IMG/VR virus record: IMGVR_UViG_3300020204_004581
Source of the DNA: a virus
Length of the DNA: 64,000 nt
Reading direction: 5' to 3' (one strand)
In this document: one piece after another, positions 17,639 to 27,545 of the stretch
Layout of the letters: the number at the start of each line of letters is the position of its first letter
Numbering within the stretch: position 1 is the first letter of the stretch
Program-made: the position numbers and the translations under genes
The notes under the pieces: generated by a model
Told to the model about the DNA's origin: nothing
Seen by the model: only the letters and a program-made list of their open reading frames with translations
The model's database searches: none

Positions 17639-20600
17639 TCTGTTGTAACGTATTTTTTAATAAATCTATTCATGGATGACTTTCCAACACCTAATCCGAA
17701 GTAGAAGTGATAAGGAAGACCAACAGTGAAATAAGTATTTAAATTTACAGGATCATAGCTCGGTGAATCGGATGTATTCTTATCACCCTCAAATTGATAT
17801 GCTTCATTCAATGTGTTAGGCTGAAACAGGATATTACTTCTATTATAGATGTATCCTCTCATAAAGTCCGCCTTAGGGTTTTCACCCATAAAATAATTTG
17901 AGTTAATATCTGTACGATTAAATCTTTGGTAATAACTTTTTTGAATGGTATTTGTTTTCCATTCATTTTTCTCTGTTCCAAATATTGCATTACTATCTTT
18001 GGTGGTCCAACTGTAGTATGGTATCAGTTGGGAATTACTACCCAAATAATCGTAAACAGCATTGTTATAATTAACGTTATCATTTCTTATCAACCTTCTC
18101 GGAGATATTAAATCTCTAGTCTGTGTTTCTGAAGAAAAAAATATACCCATCACAGGTTCCTTAGATCTATCTTGACCAATATAGAATGGATTATTTACAT
18201 TAGAACCCGACTGAGCGGTGTAAGCCTCAAAATTGAATTCTTGCACCCCTATCTCTGAATTAATTGAAATCATTTGTGCATAGTCACCGTCAATTTTAGA
18301 TTTTGTTCTTGAGAAAAACGAATTCACGGATCCATCTCCTAGTCCAATAATATTTGCAAGCCAACTTGAATTGACTTGTCTCGATAATATGAATAATGTC
18401 AATATATCTTGAGGATTGTTGAATGAAGTTGTCGGTACCTTGTTCATGTTATACCCAAAGAAATCAGCGTTCAATGTAACTTCTTGAGTGAAGGCGTCTC
18501 TCGGTCCCATATCCATAATTGTGGTTGGAAAAAGTATTTCTTTGTCGTTTCTTCCACGTGATCCAGTCCTTTGTTTACCTACGAATGTTGTTCCATTGAA
18601 CGGTGATGATCTGTAGTAGAAATTGTTTGTTTGATTATGTAATAGAACCACGTCATTACAATATTCATTATATGGTCCATTAGGATCTACAGGATCTTTA
18701 GGTGATTTGAAAAATCTCAAATTCCTAAATGGGAAATGGTATAACACTCCATTAACCCAGTTATTTAAAAAAGTATGTCCAAAAACACCTCTACATGCCG
18801 CAAAATTAACTCTAGTTCTAGCTTTGAACTCGGCAAGTTGTTTGAAGTCGTTTGGAAGTGAAAGTATAACTTTACTAACGAAGACATAACACCCACCTTT
18901 TATAACTGTTTTTTTATAGCATTTATCTGTTTTGGGGTAAATCCCAAAAGTTTCAGAATCCCCTGAATAACATTTGAGTGGTACTAACCCTTGACATGAA
19001 AAAGTTGATGCAAATTGGTCTTCATACTGACTTAGTTCTTCGGCCGCATCATTAATTAAGAATGAAGACCCTTCCGCATCATATGATTCTACTAAACCTT
19101 CGTCTGTTATAAAATAAAATGCAAAGTTTGTGTTTTGGTGTAAAAGGTAGGTATTGTTAAGATAACCAGATCTCGATGTCGATGTTGGTAGTCGATCAGT
19201 TCTCATCACAATTTTTTGTGTTCTTGCCTGAACATCCAATGTTGTTGCCGTTGAATATGCAGGTGAGAAATAAACAAATCTATCGTATCTAATTGAAGCT
19301 AAACCCTCTTCCAAACTACCTCCAACAGATGAAAAGAAATACGATCCACCCTCAACATACTCATCATTCCAGTAACCATTCATCTTTTTACCTTGCGACC
19401 ACGGTTGGTTACTATAATAAGACCCGAAGATTCGATACCAAGGATCCCATGCGAATGCATCAGAAAGATAATTTGGCTGTCTGATTACAATTGGATAGCT
19501 CGACATTCCAAAAATGTTGACCGAAGTGTTCGATTTCACATATCCACCACCACTACCTGTGTTTATGTTAATGTGGGTTGGTGTCAAAATTGAATATGTA
19601 TTTTGGGGTGATACTTGAAAACCGTTGTAACCAACTTTGGTTGAATCCAAAGAAGAATAGTTTGTGTGCATATTTGTCGTATAACCCGAGTAATTATTAC
19701 CAGTATCAAATATGTAAGAATCAAAAAATATAGGATTGTCTTCATTGGATTGATATTGATCATGTCTTGGTAAGACCAATCCAGGTTGAATAGGTATATT
19801 CAACTTGTATTTTGATGTTACTAAAACAGATCCGTAGTTCTGACCGCATATTCTTGATATATCAACAGTTGTCGTCTGTCTTGTACTATTTGGATCAACT
19901 CCTCTCTGTAGTATTACAACTACTATTTCTTTATTATCAGGGATTGCAAAGAAAGGTCTTGTCGCTGTGTTAGGTAACCAAGTTTTAGCACCTGAACCTA
20001 AGCCCAAGAAACCGGTTCTGCGGTGATGCTCTTCCCATAGATACATGGTACCACCAATATACCTCTCATTCAAACTTTTTTGACCTGAGAATGTGGGAGG
20101 ATTCAATGAGGCGAAATTTTGATAAGTCATTGCTGTGATCACTTGGAAATACTCACAATCCGACTTAGCCTTGGTATACATCAAATATTTAGGATTGGAA
20201 CAGGTCGCTGTGGTAATATTAACACCTTCGTATGGGAATAGATCATTAACACAAATAGAACCTGTAGTTGGGGTATCACCAGAATGGTATACCCCATCAC
20301 AATCAGTGTAAAACCATTTTTCACCGTCTTCAACTGTGATGATAGATCCTACCCAACAGTTCTGTATAGTATCCGCACTTTGATTCACGATGTATTGTTG
20401 ACTCAGTGACTGATCTGGAAAATCAGGGTTTGCATAATTTACAGTCACCGCTCTCAAATTTTTGGCATAACCTGTAGAGGAACTAAATCCAGAGAAATTA
20501 GTTTCTGCTTGACTAGTGTTCGGATCCAAAGAATTAAAAGGGTTTTGGAATGTCATCATTCTTCCTGTGATAAACTGTTCGGCAGATGCCGCATCACAAA

Positions 20601-22926
20601 GAATTGTTATTGTATTATCATAATGAAATAAACCTGAGTTTGCGGTTATGTCAGAGGCAACGTATGTTCTAACTTGATTCCATCCCCCTGTCGAATTGAA
20701 ATAGTTAGCCTTCATATTGAAGAGATTCAATCTCTCTGACAAAGTAAGGTCCATAGAACATACTGGTCTGTTTGTTTGGTCTCCTACAGGCATCCATATT
20801 GTCGCGGGTGTTCTTTGTCCAACTATTCCCTGATTATTACCTGCAACGATTCTTTGAATATTTTGTTGCTGATAAGCCATGGCATTTTCTACTGTTTCGA
20901 TTCTACATGCAATTCCTTGATCTTCTAAATTCAAATAGTTGGCTGAATAATATTTGAACCAAGGATCATCTTGACAATATTGTTCGTCAAATATATTTCC
21001 ATAACTGACGGGATTTGGCGAATCAATCAGGAGCGTAAGTGACGTTGTCTTTAATGACTCTTGTATAAAGGCTGCAGCGCTTGCATTTTCCTCGGGTGAT
21101 TCTTCTTTACAACTACATAACTCACAGTCAGGATAAATTATTGTAGGTAAAGAAATATTCTTGAATGGATTTCCAAGCGAATTGAATATATCTTTAAATG
21201 ATGGCGGTTTTGGACAATTTATATTCACGAATGGGATAGCATCAATAATTTTACAGAGGACGAAAATGAATGTAGCAATTACTCCATATACAAATGTTAT
21301 AAGAATTTTAAGTATAGGCCACAGGAATGCAACAATATGAACATTGACCAACAATGGGAATAAAAGAAGTAGGATAAATGAAAAAAAGAAGTTAAAAATA
21401 ATGAATATAAGATCGAAATTCTTAACACCGTCGTTAGTTGGAAACCTATTGTTAGTTGAATCACACGCAGAATCTAAAATTTCTTTGATACCAATAAACC
21501 TTCCTCTGTTTGCACCATTGTGGTAACCATCTATAAATTGAGATATAGTATAAACTTTATTGTATCCAAATTGATAAAAAGTATCTTCGCAATTTATTGC
21601 TGATTGAGGACTTGAATAATCATTCCAATCTAATGAAAACGCATATGATTTTTGAAATTGGTTCCATTGTGTGTTGGCACTATAGTTTGGTGTGTATATT
21701 GGACTTTTAGGATCCGAGAAATCTGCGGGATCTATATTTGGAGATGTCCAACCATATTCTCTAACATTCGGGACTAGATAATATGCCCTCTTTACTTGTT
21801 TTCCTAAATCAGGGTCTTGTTCCCATTTTACTTTAAATCTATATTTTCCTTTGGTTGGTATACCTACATTTGGGTCTAAAGAGATTGTTTTTTCTCCAAA
21901 TTCATTGGTCACAATATAGTCCAAATTCATTGGTAAATCGACTAAAAAAGTTCCATCTCCGTCTATCACTTTCGCACCTCCGTCAAACTCGTAAACTTCT
22001 AAACCTGGCCTACCATTGGAATCTTGTCCGACCGTCTGTCTGATACATAAGATCTCTCCTGGCCCTGATATTAAGTCACATAAATTACCCGCTTCAGTTG
22101 AAGGTCTACAGTTTTTTCTCAGTACTCTTCTGTCACTTGCAGAAATAACAGACCCCATGAATACGGCAGTTGGTTGGATATCGATGTTGGCCTGTTCTCT
22201 CAAATCAAAATCAACTCTGTTGATTGCAATTTGGCAAACCTCGGGTTGTCCCCAAAGTGGAGAAACATCTATATTGGCTTGTAATGAAATAATCTGTGGT
22301 AATGATGCGAGGTTTGGCGATGACGCAAATTTATTTCCATTAAGTTGAGTTTCATTTGCAACTCCCATTCTTATGAGATCTTGTGGTGTCAAACTAAACT
22401 CACCTATATCGGAAAGATCACAATCCATGAACACAGTTTGATTACCCAACGGAACGCCCATAATCATGTAATCCCCACTCTCGTTGGTTCTCACTGTGTA
22501 TTTGTAATACTTGTCATAGACTTGTATTACTGTCGGATTTGTTAAAACATCATTTCTTGACGGGAAAGTACCAGTTGGAACGTGTGTCGAATAAGATTTT
22601 TCGTATGGTAAAAGATTGAATCTAAATCCATCTTCGTTTTTATCCCCTGTCGATTTATAAGGATATAGAGAAGTTATAATATCGTTGTTTCTATCTTCTT
22701 CTTGTATTGGTACAAAAACAGCAACTTTTACGTTTGGTATGCCGTATCCACCGTTTGCAACTACACGACCAACAACAACACCATAGTCCGCACAGTTTCT
22801 TGTGTAGATGTCCTCACTTTGTATCTTCATAGAGAGGATTTCTAAGAAATCGTACTCTTGATCTATGTTTACATTTAGGGTTTGGTCTTGTCCAATTTGA
22901 GTTTTAATTCTATACGAATTGGTCAT
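17635..22926 (-). CDS. Large baseplate-region protein with an N-terminal prealbumin/carboxypeptidase-regulatory-like domain and an internal hydrophobic hairpin
   Basis: 1763 aa. VVVGRVVANGGYGIPNVKVAVF...YTVRTNESGDYMIMGVPLG; ~60-aa hydrophobic stretch; many Cys. Confidence 0.6.
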   Translation of the reverse strand: MTNSYRIKTQIGQDQTLNVNIDQEYDFLEILSMKIQSEDIYTRNCADYGVVVGRVVANGGYGIPNVKVAVFVPIQEEDRNNDIITSLYPYKSTGDKNEDGFRFNLLPYEKSYSTHVPTGTFPSRNDVLTNPTVIQVYDKYYKYTVRTNESGDYMIMGVPLGNQTVFMDCDLSDIGEFSLTPQDLIRMGVANETQLNGNKFASSPNLASLPQIISLQANIDVSPLWGQPEVCQIAINRVDFDLREQANIDIQPTAVFMGSVISASDRRVLRKNCRPSTEAGNLCDLISGPGEILCIRQTVGQDSNGRPGLEVYEFDGGAKVIDGDGTFLVDLPMNLDYIVTNEFGEKTISLDPNVGIPTKGKYRFKVKWEQDPDLGKQVKRAYYLVPNVREYGWTSPNIDPADFSDPKSPIYTPNYSANTQWNQFQKSYAFSLDWNDYSSPQSAINCEDTFYQFGYNKVYTISQFIDGYHNGANRGRFIGIKEILDSACDSTNNRFPTNDGVKNFDLIFIIFNFFFSFILLLLFPLLVNVHIVAFLWPILKILITFVYGVIATFIFVLCKIIDAIPFVNINCPKPPSFKDIFNSLGNPFKNISLPTIIYPDCELCSCKEESPEENASAAAFIQESLKTTSLTLLIDSPNPVSYGNIFDEQYCQDDPWFKYYSANYLNLEDQGIACRIETVENAMAYQQQNIQRIVAGNNQGIVGQRTPATIWMPVGDQTNRPVCSMDLTLSERLNLFNMKANYFNSTGGWNQVRTYVASDITANSGLFHYDNTITILCDAASAEQFITGRMMTFQNPFNSLDPNTSQAETNFSGFSSSTGYAKNLRAVTVNYANPDFPDQSLSQQYIVNQSADTIQNCWVGSIITVEDGEKWFYTDCDGVYHSGDTPTTGSICVNDLFPYEGVNITTATCSNPKYLMYTKAKSDCEYFQVITAMTYQNFASLNPPTFSGQKSLNERYIGGTMYLWEEHHRRTGFLGLGSGAKTWLPNTATRPFFAIPDNKEIVVVILQRGVDPNSTRQTTTVDISRICGQNYGSVLVTSKYKLNIPIQPGLVLPRHDQYQSNEDNPIFFDSYIFDTGNNYSGYTTNMHTNYSSLDSTKVGYNGFQVSPQNTYSILTPTHININTGSGGGYVKSNTSVNIFGMSSYPIVIRQPNYLSDAFAWDPWYRIFGSYYSNQPWSQGKKMNGYWNDEYVEGGSYFFSSVGGSLEEGLASIRYDRFVYFSPAYSTATTLDVQARTQKIVMRTDRLPTSTSRSGYLNNTYLLHQNTNFAFYFITDEGLVESYDAEGSSFLINDAAEELSQYEDQFASTFSCQGLVPLKCYSGDSETFGIYPKTDKCYKKTVIKGGCYVFVSKVILSLPNDFKQLAEFKARTRVNFAACRGVFGHTFLNNWVNGVLYHFPFRNLRFFKSPKDPVDPNGPYNEYCNDVVLLHNQTNNFYYRSSPFNGTTFVGKQRTGSRGRNDKEILFPTTIMDMGPRDAFTQEVTLNADFFGYNMNKVPTTSFNNPQDILTLFILSRQVNSSWLANIIGLGDGSVNSFFSRTKSKIDGDYAQMISINSEIGVQEFNFEAYTAQSGSNVNNPFYIGQDRSKEPVMGIFFSSETQTRDLISPRRLIRNDNVNYNNAVYDYLGSNSQLIPYYSWTTKDSNAIFGTEKNEWKTNTIQKSYYQRFNRTDINSNYFMGENPKADFMRGYIYNRSNILFQPNTLNEAYQFEGDKNTSDSPSYDPVNLNTYFTVGLPYHFYFGLGVGKSSMNRFIKKYVTTE

Positions 22927-23016
22927 TAATTGACTTTTTTCATAAATAGTTTAACACCCATTTTCTAAGGAAAGGGCGTACAATCTAATAATAGTTGACT
23001 CGGGGTGATAATAAAC

Positions 23017-24855
23017 TTAAGAGAACTGAACGTTTTGGAAGTTCTTGACTTTGACCCTGATATCTTTGTTTGGATATCTTATCTGATAAACTTGGTTCGG
23101 TTGAGCAAAGATGGTGTCATCAACAGGTCTAATTTGTTTTGTTACATCATTTGAATATGCCATCGATGTTTGGAACCCTGAATATTGTCCACCTACTTCG
23201 TTAAACACGTCTATTGCGGTCACGGTAATTACTCCGTTCTCGTCTTGTATAAGACTATTGAGCTGAGATATGTAAATGTTCTGACCCAAATTTCTAATTT
23301 GAGGATCCAAGAAAGTTGACACTTTGTTGATGATATTTGTGATGACTTGTCCTTGGTTTTGTGTTGAATCAAGTACTACAGATATATCCAAACTCAAATC
23401 AATAACCTCAGCAGTCTCGATTGCTATGTAGTCATTCATCATACGATAATTTGACAAGTAATTAGCCAAATTTTGTTTCAGAGTGTTCGAGACAATGGAT
23501 GTCAACTTACCTGTGGTGTCATAAGAAAGTATTTGAACATTAATCTTATTGTTATTCTCAGTGATCGCAACTTTAGCAGGGGCTCCGAACTGAGAGGGCA
23601 TTTTTCTTATTAAAGCTTCGTAATCGTTAACGCTGACTGCTCTATTTTGTGAAGAAAAGTTGAAAGCAACATAATTTCTTGTTTCTTCGACTGTGGGTTG
23701 TCCAGCACCACCAATCGCGGCAGTTACGTTATTACATCTTAGTGAACTTGTAACTTGTTGATTTATGTTATCGGAAGGACCATTAACAAAAAAACTTATT
23801 GTTCCGATTTGATTAATAACATTTGTTCCCAAGTTTGTTGATAAACCACCACCTGTCCTGTATTGAACAAATAGAGTAGTGTTAGCTCTCAAAGCGGAAC
23901 CCAATGACATATTGTTTTGGTAAAGTTGTAAATTCAATGGTACTCCCAAAGTTGTAAATTGATTCAATGCATCTTGTGAAGTATTAGTTCCACCACCGAA
24001 TGTCATTTTCAAGAAACCCTCGGGTGTATATTCAGTTATAAATCGATTTTGGGTTTGAATATATTTTCCAACTTTGATACCTGGTTGATCCGAAACTTTT
24101 GTTGGATCTTCTATGAATATTCTGTCCTCAGCTAATGCGTCCACCTCAAAGCTTTTATTTTCAAAACCTAAAAATTCGTTGACCGTTGGAACTGTTGTGT
24201 AACTTGTACCATCTTTTAGAAGAACACTTGTCACTCCAAGCACGTTTTTTTCGGGTAAAAATATTTCCAAGAATGGTCTTACATCTGCAGGACCAATAAC
24301 TCTTTTGAATACTTTGGTAATTCCATTGACGACAACTTCTCTCTTTGTAATTGTGTAGTTTATAATTCTATTACTCGAGTCGAAGTTTGGAATTTTCAAT
24401 CTGTTCGGAAATCCTTGAGAGTTGTATGGTGAAGCAAAGTCAATGTCTTCAACATTTTCAAATACTTGTCCAGCACCTACAACTTGAGATCCTCTTCTTA
24501 ATTGGCCTAAGTATCTTTCATCCTCCTTGTCACCAAATGCCGGTACTGTGATTGAAAAATCAACAAGAGCAACAGAGGGTCTTTGTCCCGGTATTTTTAG
24601 TCCATAAGTTCTGGCAATATTATAAATTGAAGACCTCTGTTGTGCGTATTGTAATACGGTCTCTTGTATACTTCTATCTATGTGATAGTGTAAGTTGTCG
24701 GCTACCGCGGCGTTCAAATCCAAGAATACAGAAAACACAGAGGCATCATTAAAGTTCTGTATAAGTTCAGGATAATACGTTCTTACATATTGTATTAGTT
24801 CTTCTCTTATACCTTCAAAGTCCCTTGTTGTATATGGTATTCTACGATTAGCCAT
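23017..24855 (-). CDS. Baseplate wedge protein (T4 gp6 / Baseplate_J-like)
   Basis: YTTRDFEGIREELIQY, IYNIARTYG and QNRAVSVNDYEAL motifs; adjacent to gp25. Confidence 0.85.
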   Translation of the reverse strand: MANRRIPYTTRDFEGIREELIQYVRTYYPELIQNFNDASVFSVFLDLNAAVADNLHYHIDRSIQETVLQYAQQRSSIYNIARTYGLKIPGQRPSVALVDFSITVPAFGDKEDERYLGQLRRGSQVVGAGQVFENVEDIDFASPYNSQGFPNRLKIPNFDSSNRIINYTITKREVVVNGITKVFKRVIGPADVRPFLEIFLPEKNVLGVTSVLLKDGTSYTTVPTVNEFLGFENKSFEVDALAEDRIFIEDPTKVSDQPGIKVGKYIQTQNRFITEYTPEGFLKMTFGGGTNTSQDALNQFTTLGVPLNLQLYQNNMSLGSALRANTTLFVQYRTGGGLSTNLGTNVINQIGTISFFVNGPSDNINQQVTSSLRCNNVTAAIGGAGQPTVEETRNYVAFNFSSQNRAVSVNDYEALIRKMPSQFGAPAKVAITENNNKINVQILSYDTTGKLTSIVSNTLKQNLANYLSNYRMMNDYIAIETAEVIDLSLDISVVLDSTQNQGQVITNIINKVSTFLDPQIRNLGQNIYISQLNSLIQDENGVITVTAIDVFNEVGGQYSGFQTSMAYSNDVTKQIRPVDDTIFAQPNQVYQIRYPNKDIRVKVKNFQNVQFS

Positions 24856-24860
24856 TTATT

Positions 24861-25322
24861 TTAAATATTGATTATTACGAAATCACTGGTCGCGAATGTC
24901 GAGTCTTGCACTGAGAAATCTATTTTCACTTTAGCAGTGTATTCAGCTGTACCCTTTCCTGGATATCTATAAATTTGGGATGTTTGTGTGTCGGTACCTA
25001 CTTGAAATTCTGATTCTTCTTTGGGGTCCAACGGTTCAATAGTTATTTTATTTAGAATTAAATTTGGAATATATTTTTCAACGTTTGCTCTTATGTCTGA
25101 TTCAATTGCGTCGAAGGTCAAACCGTCCATAGGTTCGAAGATATATTCATACAATCTTGTCCCAAAGTCTGGTAAATAATATCTCGCACCTTTCCTTGTG
25201 AGTAAAAGATTAATAAGGTCAGCTCGGATTTCTTGGTTAACCGTATTTGTCAGAGCCAAGTAATCACCTCGCAAAGAATCACGAAAAGGAAAATTTATAC
25301 CATATGTAGTACCGTCTCCCAT
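24861..25322 (-). CDS. Baseplate wedge / sheath initiator (T4 gp25 / GPW family)
   Basis: LINLLLTRKGARYYLPDFGTRLYEYIFEP signature. Confidence 0.9.
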   Translation of the reverse strand: MGDGTTYGINFPFRDSLRGDYLALTNTVNQEIRADLINLLLTRKGARYYLPDFGTRLYEYIFEPMDGLTFDAIESDIRANVEKYIPNLILNKITIEPLDPKEESEFQVGTDTQTSQIYRYPGKGTAEYTAKVKIDFSVQDSTFATSDFVIINI

Positions 25323-25343
25323 ATAGTCATAAATATACTTGGA

Positions 25344-25541
25344 TTATTTTTCAATTAAAGTAATAGACCCTCTTTCGTATTTAGGTTCATATGGACAATG
25401 TCTACATACTGATCCACAACAAACCCCCCTTTTTATGTGCCAATATTCAGTATAAACCTTTCTTGTACCTTCCATATAAAAATCAGAGGGGAGAAGTTTG
25501 TTCTTCTCCCCGTCATGATTTTTCTTTATTTCGTCTGTCAT
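25344..25541 (-). CDS. Small Cys-rich protein (DUF5522-like)
   Basis: FYMEG..VYTEYWHIKRGVCCGSVCRHCPY; TAATG-coupled to nrdJ. Confidence 0.65.
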   Translation of the reverse strand: MTDEIKKNHDGEKNKLLPSDFYMEGTRKVYTEYWHIKRGVCCGSVCRHCPYEPKYERGSITLIEK

Positions 25542-27403
25542 TATGCCATTACAATTTCACAGGCACCTCCCGCACAAGCTACTTCGCCTGAGAGATCAGT
25601 ATTATCGTCAACTTCAATAATTTTTGAAAGATCAATGTCTTTGAGTGGTTTTAATAACTCTTCGTATTTTTCTTTTGTACAATCTTCAAATGGAGCTTGG
25701 ATATATGTTCCACCGTCGTATGGTAAAACTGAAAGTCCATTGTAGTGATCTCGGTTTTCCCACATCCACTCCCCAACAGCCGGCCACTCGTGTTCTCTGA
25801 TTGAGATTGTTGCCGATACATTGTGTGTGTTACTTCCTGTTCTGTGACCTCCTTTTACCCACTCAAGGTGTACCTTTTTTACTCTTTCCAATAATTGAAT
25901 TGGTGATTCGTTTCTGATTATTGCTCCATCGGGGGATTTTTGTGGTATGCCAATGACCGCTGTGTCGTGTGGTCTGAAATATTCGTCCTCGATAAGTTCA
26001 GGATGATTATTCTTTAGGTAAGAATATATTGCTTCGTTTTTGCCTACTCTCACTCTACGGATGTAGTGATCATTGTGCCAAGCGTGAATACCTGAAGATG
26101 TACCAAGTGTAAGTGATGTTGTACCCGCGGGTTTTACAGTTGTACATCTAGCCGCTTTGTTGATACCTATTAGGTCTGCAACTCTTTCGTTTTCTTCTTT
26201 GACAACTTTAGCCGCAGATTTCATGTTAAGTCCAATAACCGCGCCTGATCCAATACCTGTCATAGAGATTCCAACAAGAGCGTCTTTTTCTGTTGTTCTT
26301 TTCCATATTGGTCTAAGATAATGAAAATTAGTATATCCTGCCTGTAATGTACCAATAAATGATGCTGCTTTAACTCTTGATTCGTAGTCCTCTTGTGATA
26401 CGACATTTGATACGTTCACCTCTGTAAGATTACAAAATTGGAATGGGCGAAGTGCAATTTCACAACAAGGATTTGTTCCCCAATCTTTATCATTACTCAA
26501 GTAAATACCGGGTTCACCAGCTCCGCTTACTTCGATTCTCTTCCATAAATCCATGAAATATTCTTTATCAATCTTATGTCTCATAAGAGTTACAGAGTTG
26601 TTAGCTCTTCCTCTTTGTGGATTTGTTTCCCACCATGATCCACTCTTAGATCCAATCATCTCATCGTCCGATGCAGAGAATAAAGAGATAAGTGCCGCTC
26701 TTCTGATACCACCAGCAAGAACTGCGTCAGCTATGTGACATACCATATCGTGAACTTCGATCGGTCTTAGTTTTTCTCCATCTTCTTTTGAATCTAAGAT
26801 ACCTTCAAGTTTGATAAGACACTCTTTCAATGGTTGAGGACCAGGAGCTTTACCTCCTGATGTGACAAGACGGGCACCTTTCGGTCTTATGTCAGAAAAA
26901 TCAAATTCAATCTTTGAACCACCGAAGAAATAAGACTTGACTAAAACCTTAACGGCATCTGCCCAACCTTCAATAGAATCAGCTACCAACCATCTTCTTC
27001 CTCTATCTTTGTTTGGTTTTCTAATTTCTGGTATTTGTTCTACGTGATGTTTTTGAACTGAGTAACCAACACCTGTTCCACCTAATAAAAGGAACATGAT
27101 TTCTGAGAATACTCTCCAATCATCAACTGGAACAAATGCACAGTTGTAAATTCTGTTGGGTGATATCTCAATTGGTTTCCCTGCAAATTGCATTGATCTC
27201 ATAGATGGGAGAACTTGTTTCTTGTAAACGTACATGTAGTTCTCACGAATTTCTTTTTCTAATTTGGGATACATCTTAATATGCATCTGCATGTTTCTTG
27301 TTACGAGCTCTTGCCAAGTCTCTCTTCTCTTCAACTCAGGGATATACTTAGCGTATTTCATGTACACTGTGATGTCTGAGAGAATTCGGTTTGAAATGTC
27401 CAT
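25541..27403 (-). CDS. nrdJ: Class II (adenosylcobalamin-dependent) ribonucleotide reductase
   Basis: IYNCAF, GGIRRAALISL, TNPCCEI (thiyl Cys), TVKPAGT, C-terminal CAGGAC; no adjacent beta subunit. Confidence 0.9.
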   Translation of the reverse strand: MDISNRILSDITVYMKYAKYIPELKRRETWQELVTRNMQMHIKMYPKLEKEIRENYMYVYKKQVLPSMRSMQFAGKPIEISPNRIYNCAFVPVDDWRVFSEIMFLLLGGTGVGYSVQKHHVEQIPEIRKPNKDRGRRWLVADSIEGWADAVKVLVKSYFFGGSKIEFDFSDIRPKGARLVTSGGKAPGPQPLKECLIKLEGILDSKEDGEKLRPIEVHDMVCHIADAVLAGGIRRAALISLFSASDDEMIGSKSGSWWETNPQRGRANNSVTLMRHKIDKEYFMDLWKRIEVSGAGEPGIYLSNDKDWGTNPCCEIALRPFQFCNLTEVNVSNVVSQEDYESRVKAASFIGTLQAGYTNFHYLRPIWKRTTEKDALVGISMTGIGSGAVIGLNMKSAAKVVKEENERVADLIGINKAARCTTVKPAGTTSLTLGTSSGIHAWHNDHYIRRVRVGKNEAIYSYLKNNHPELIEDEYFRPHDTAVIGIPQKSPDGAIIRNESPIQLLERVKKVHLEWVKGGHRTGSNTHNVSATISIREHEWPAVGEWMWENRDHYNGLSVLPYDGGTYIQAPFEDCTKEKYEELLKPLKDIDLSKIIEVDDNTDLSGEVACAGGACEIVMA

Positions 27404-27545
27404 TTTTTTGTGAATTTTTATAAATACTAATTTATGAAAAAATCGAGGATTTTAAATGATAAATATAGGTCCATCATCTAATCTACCCGATTTTGAATAA
27501 AAAAATCTCCGTTTTTTTTAGTTTTTTTTTCAAACGAAGAGATAT

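Noticed and set aside
22950-23015. Weak hairpin (ACGCCC...GGGTGT) between gp6 and the 1763-aa gene
   Set aside because: Imperfect pairing and no U-tract; too weak to call.
27404-27545. Cobalamin riboswitch or NrdR box upstream of nrdJ
   Set aside because: The region is short and AT-rich, with no B12-box and no convincing NrdR palindrome. I see only two TATTTAT motifs and a weak inverted repeat.
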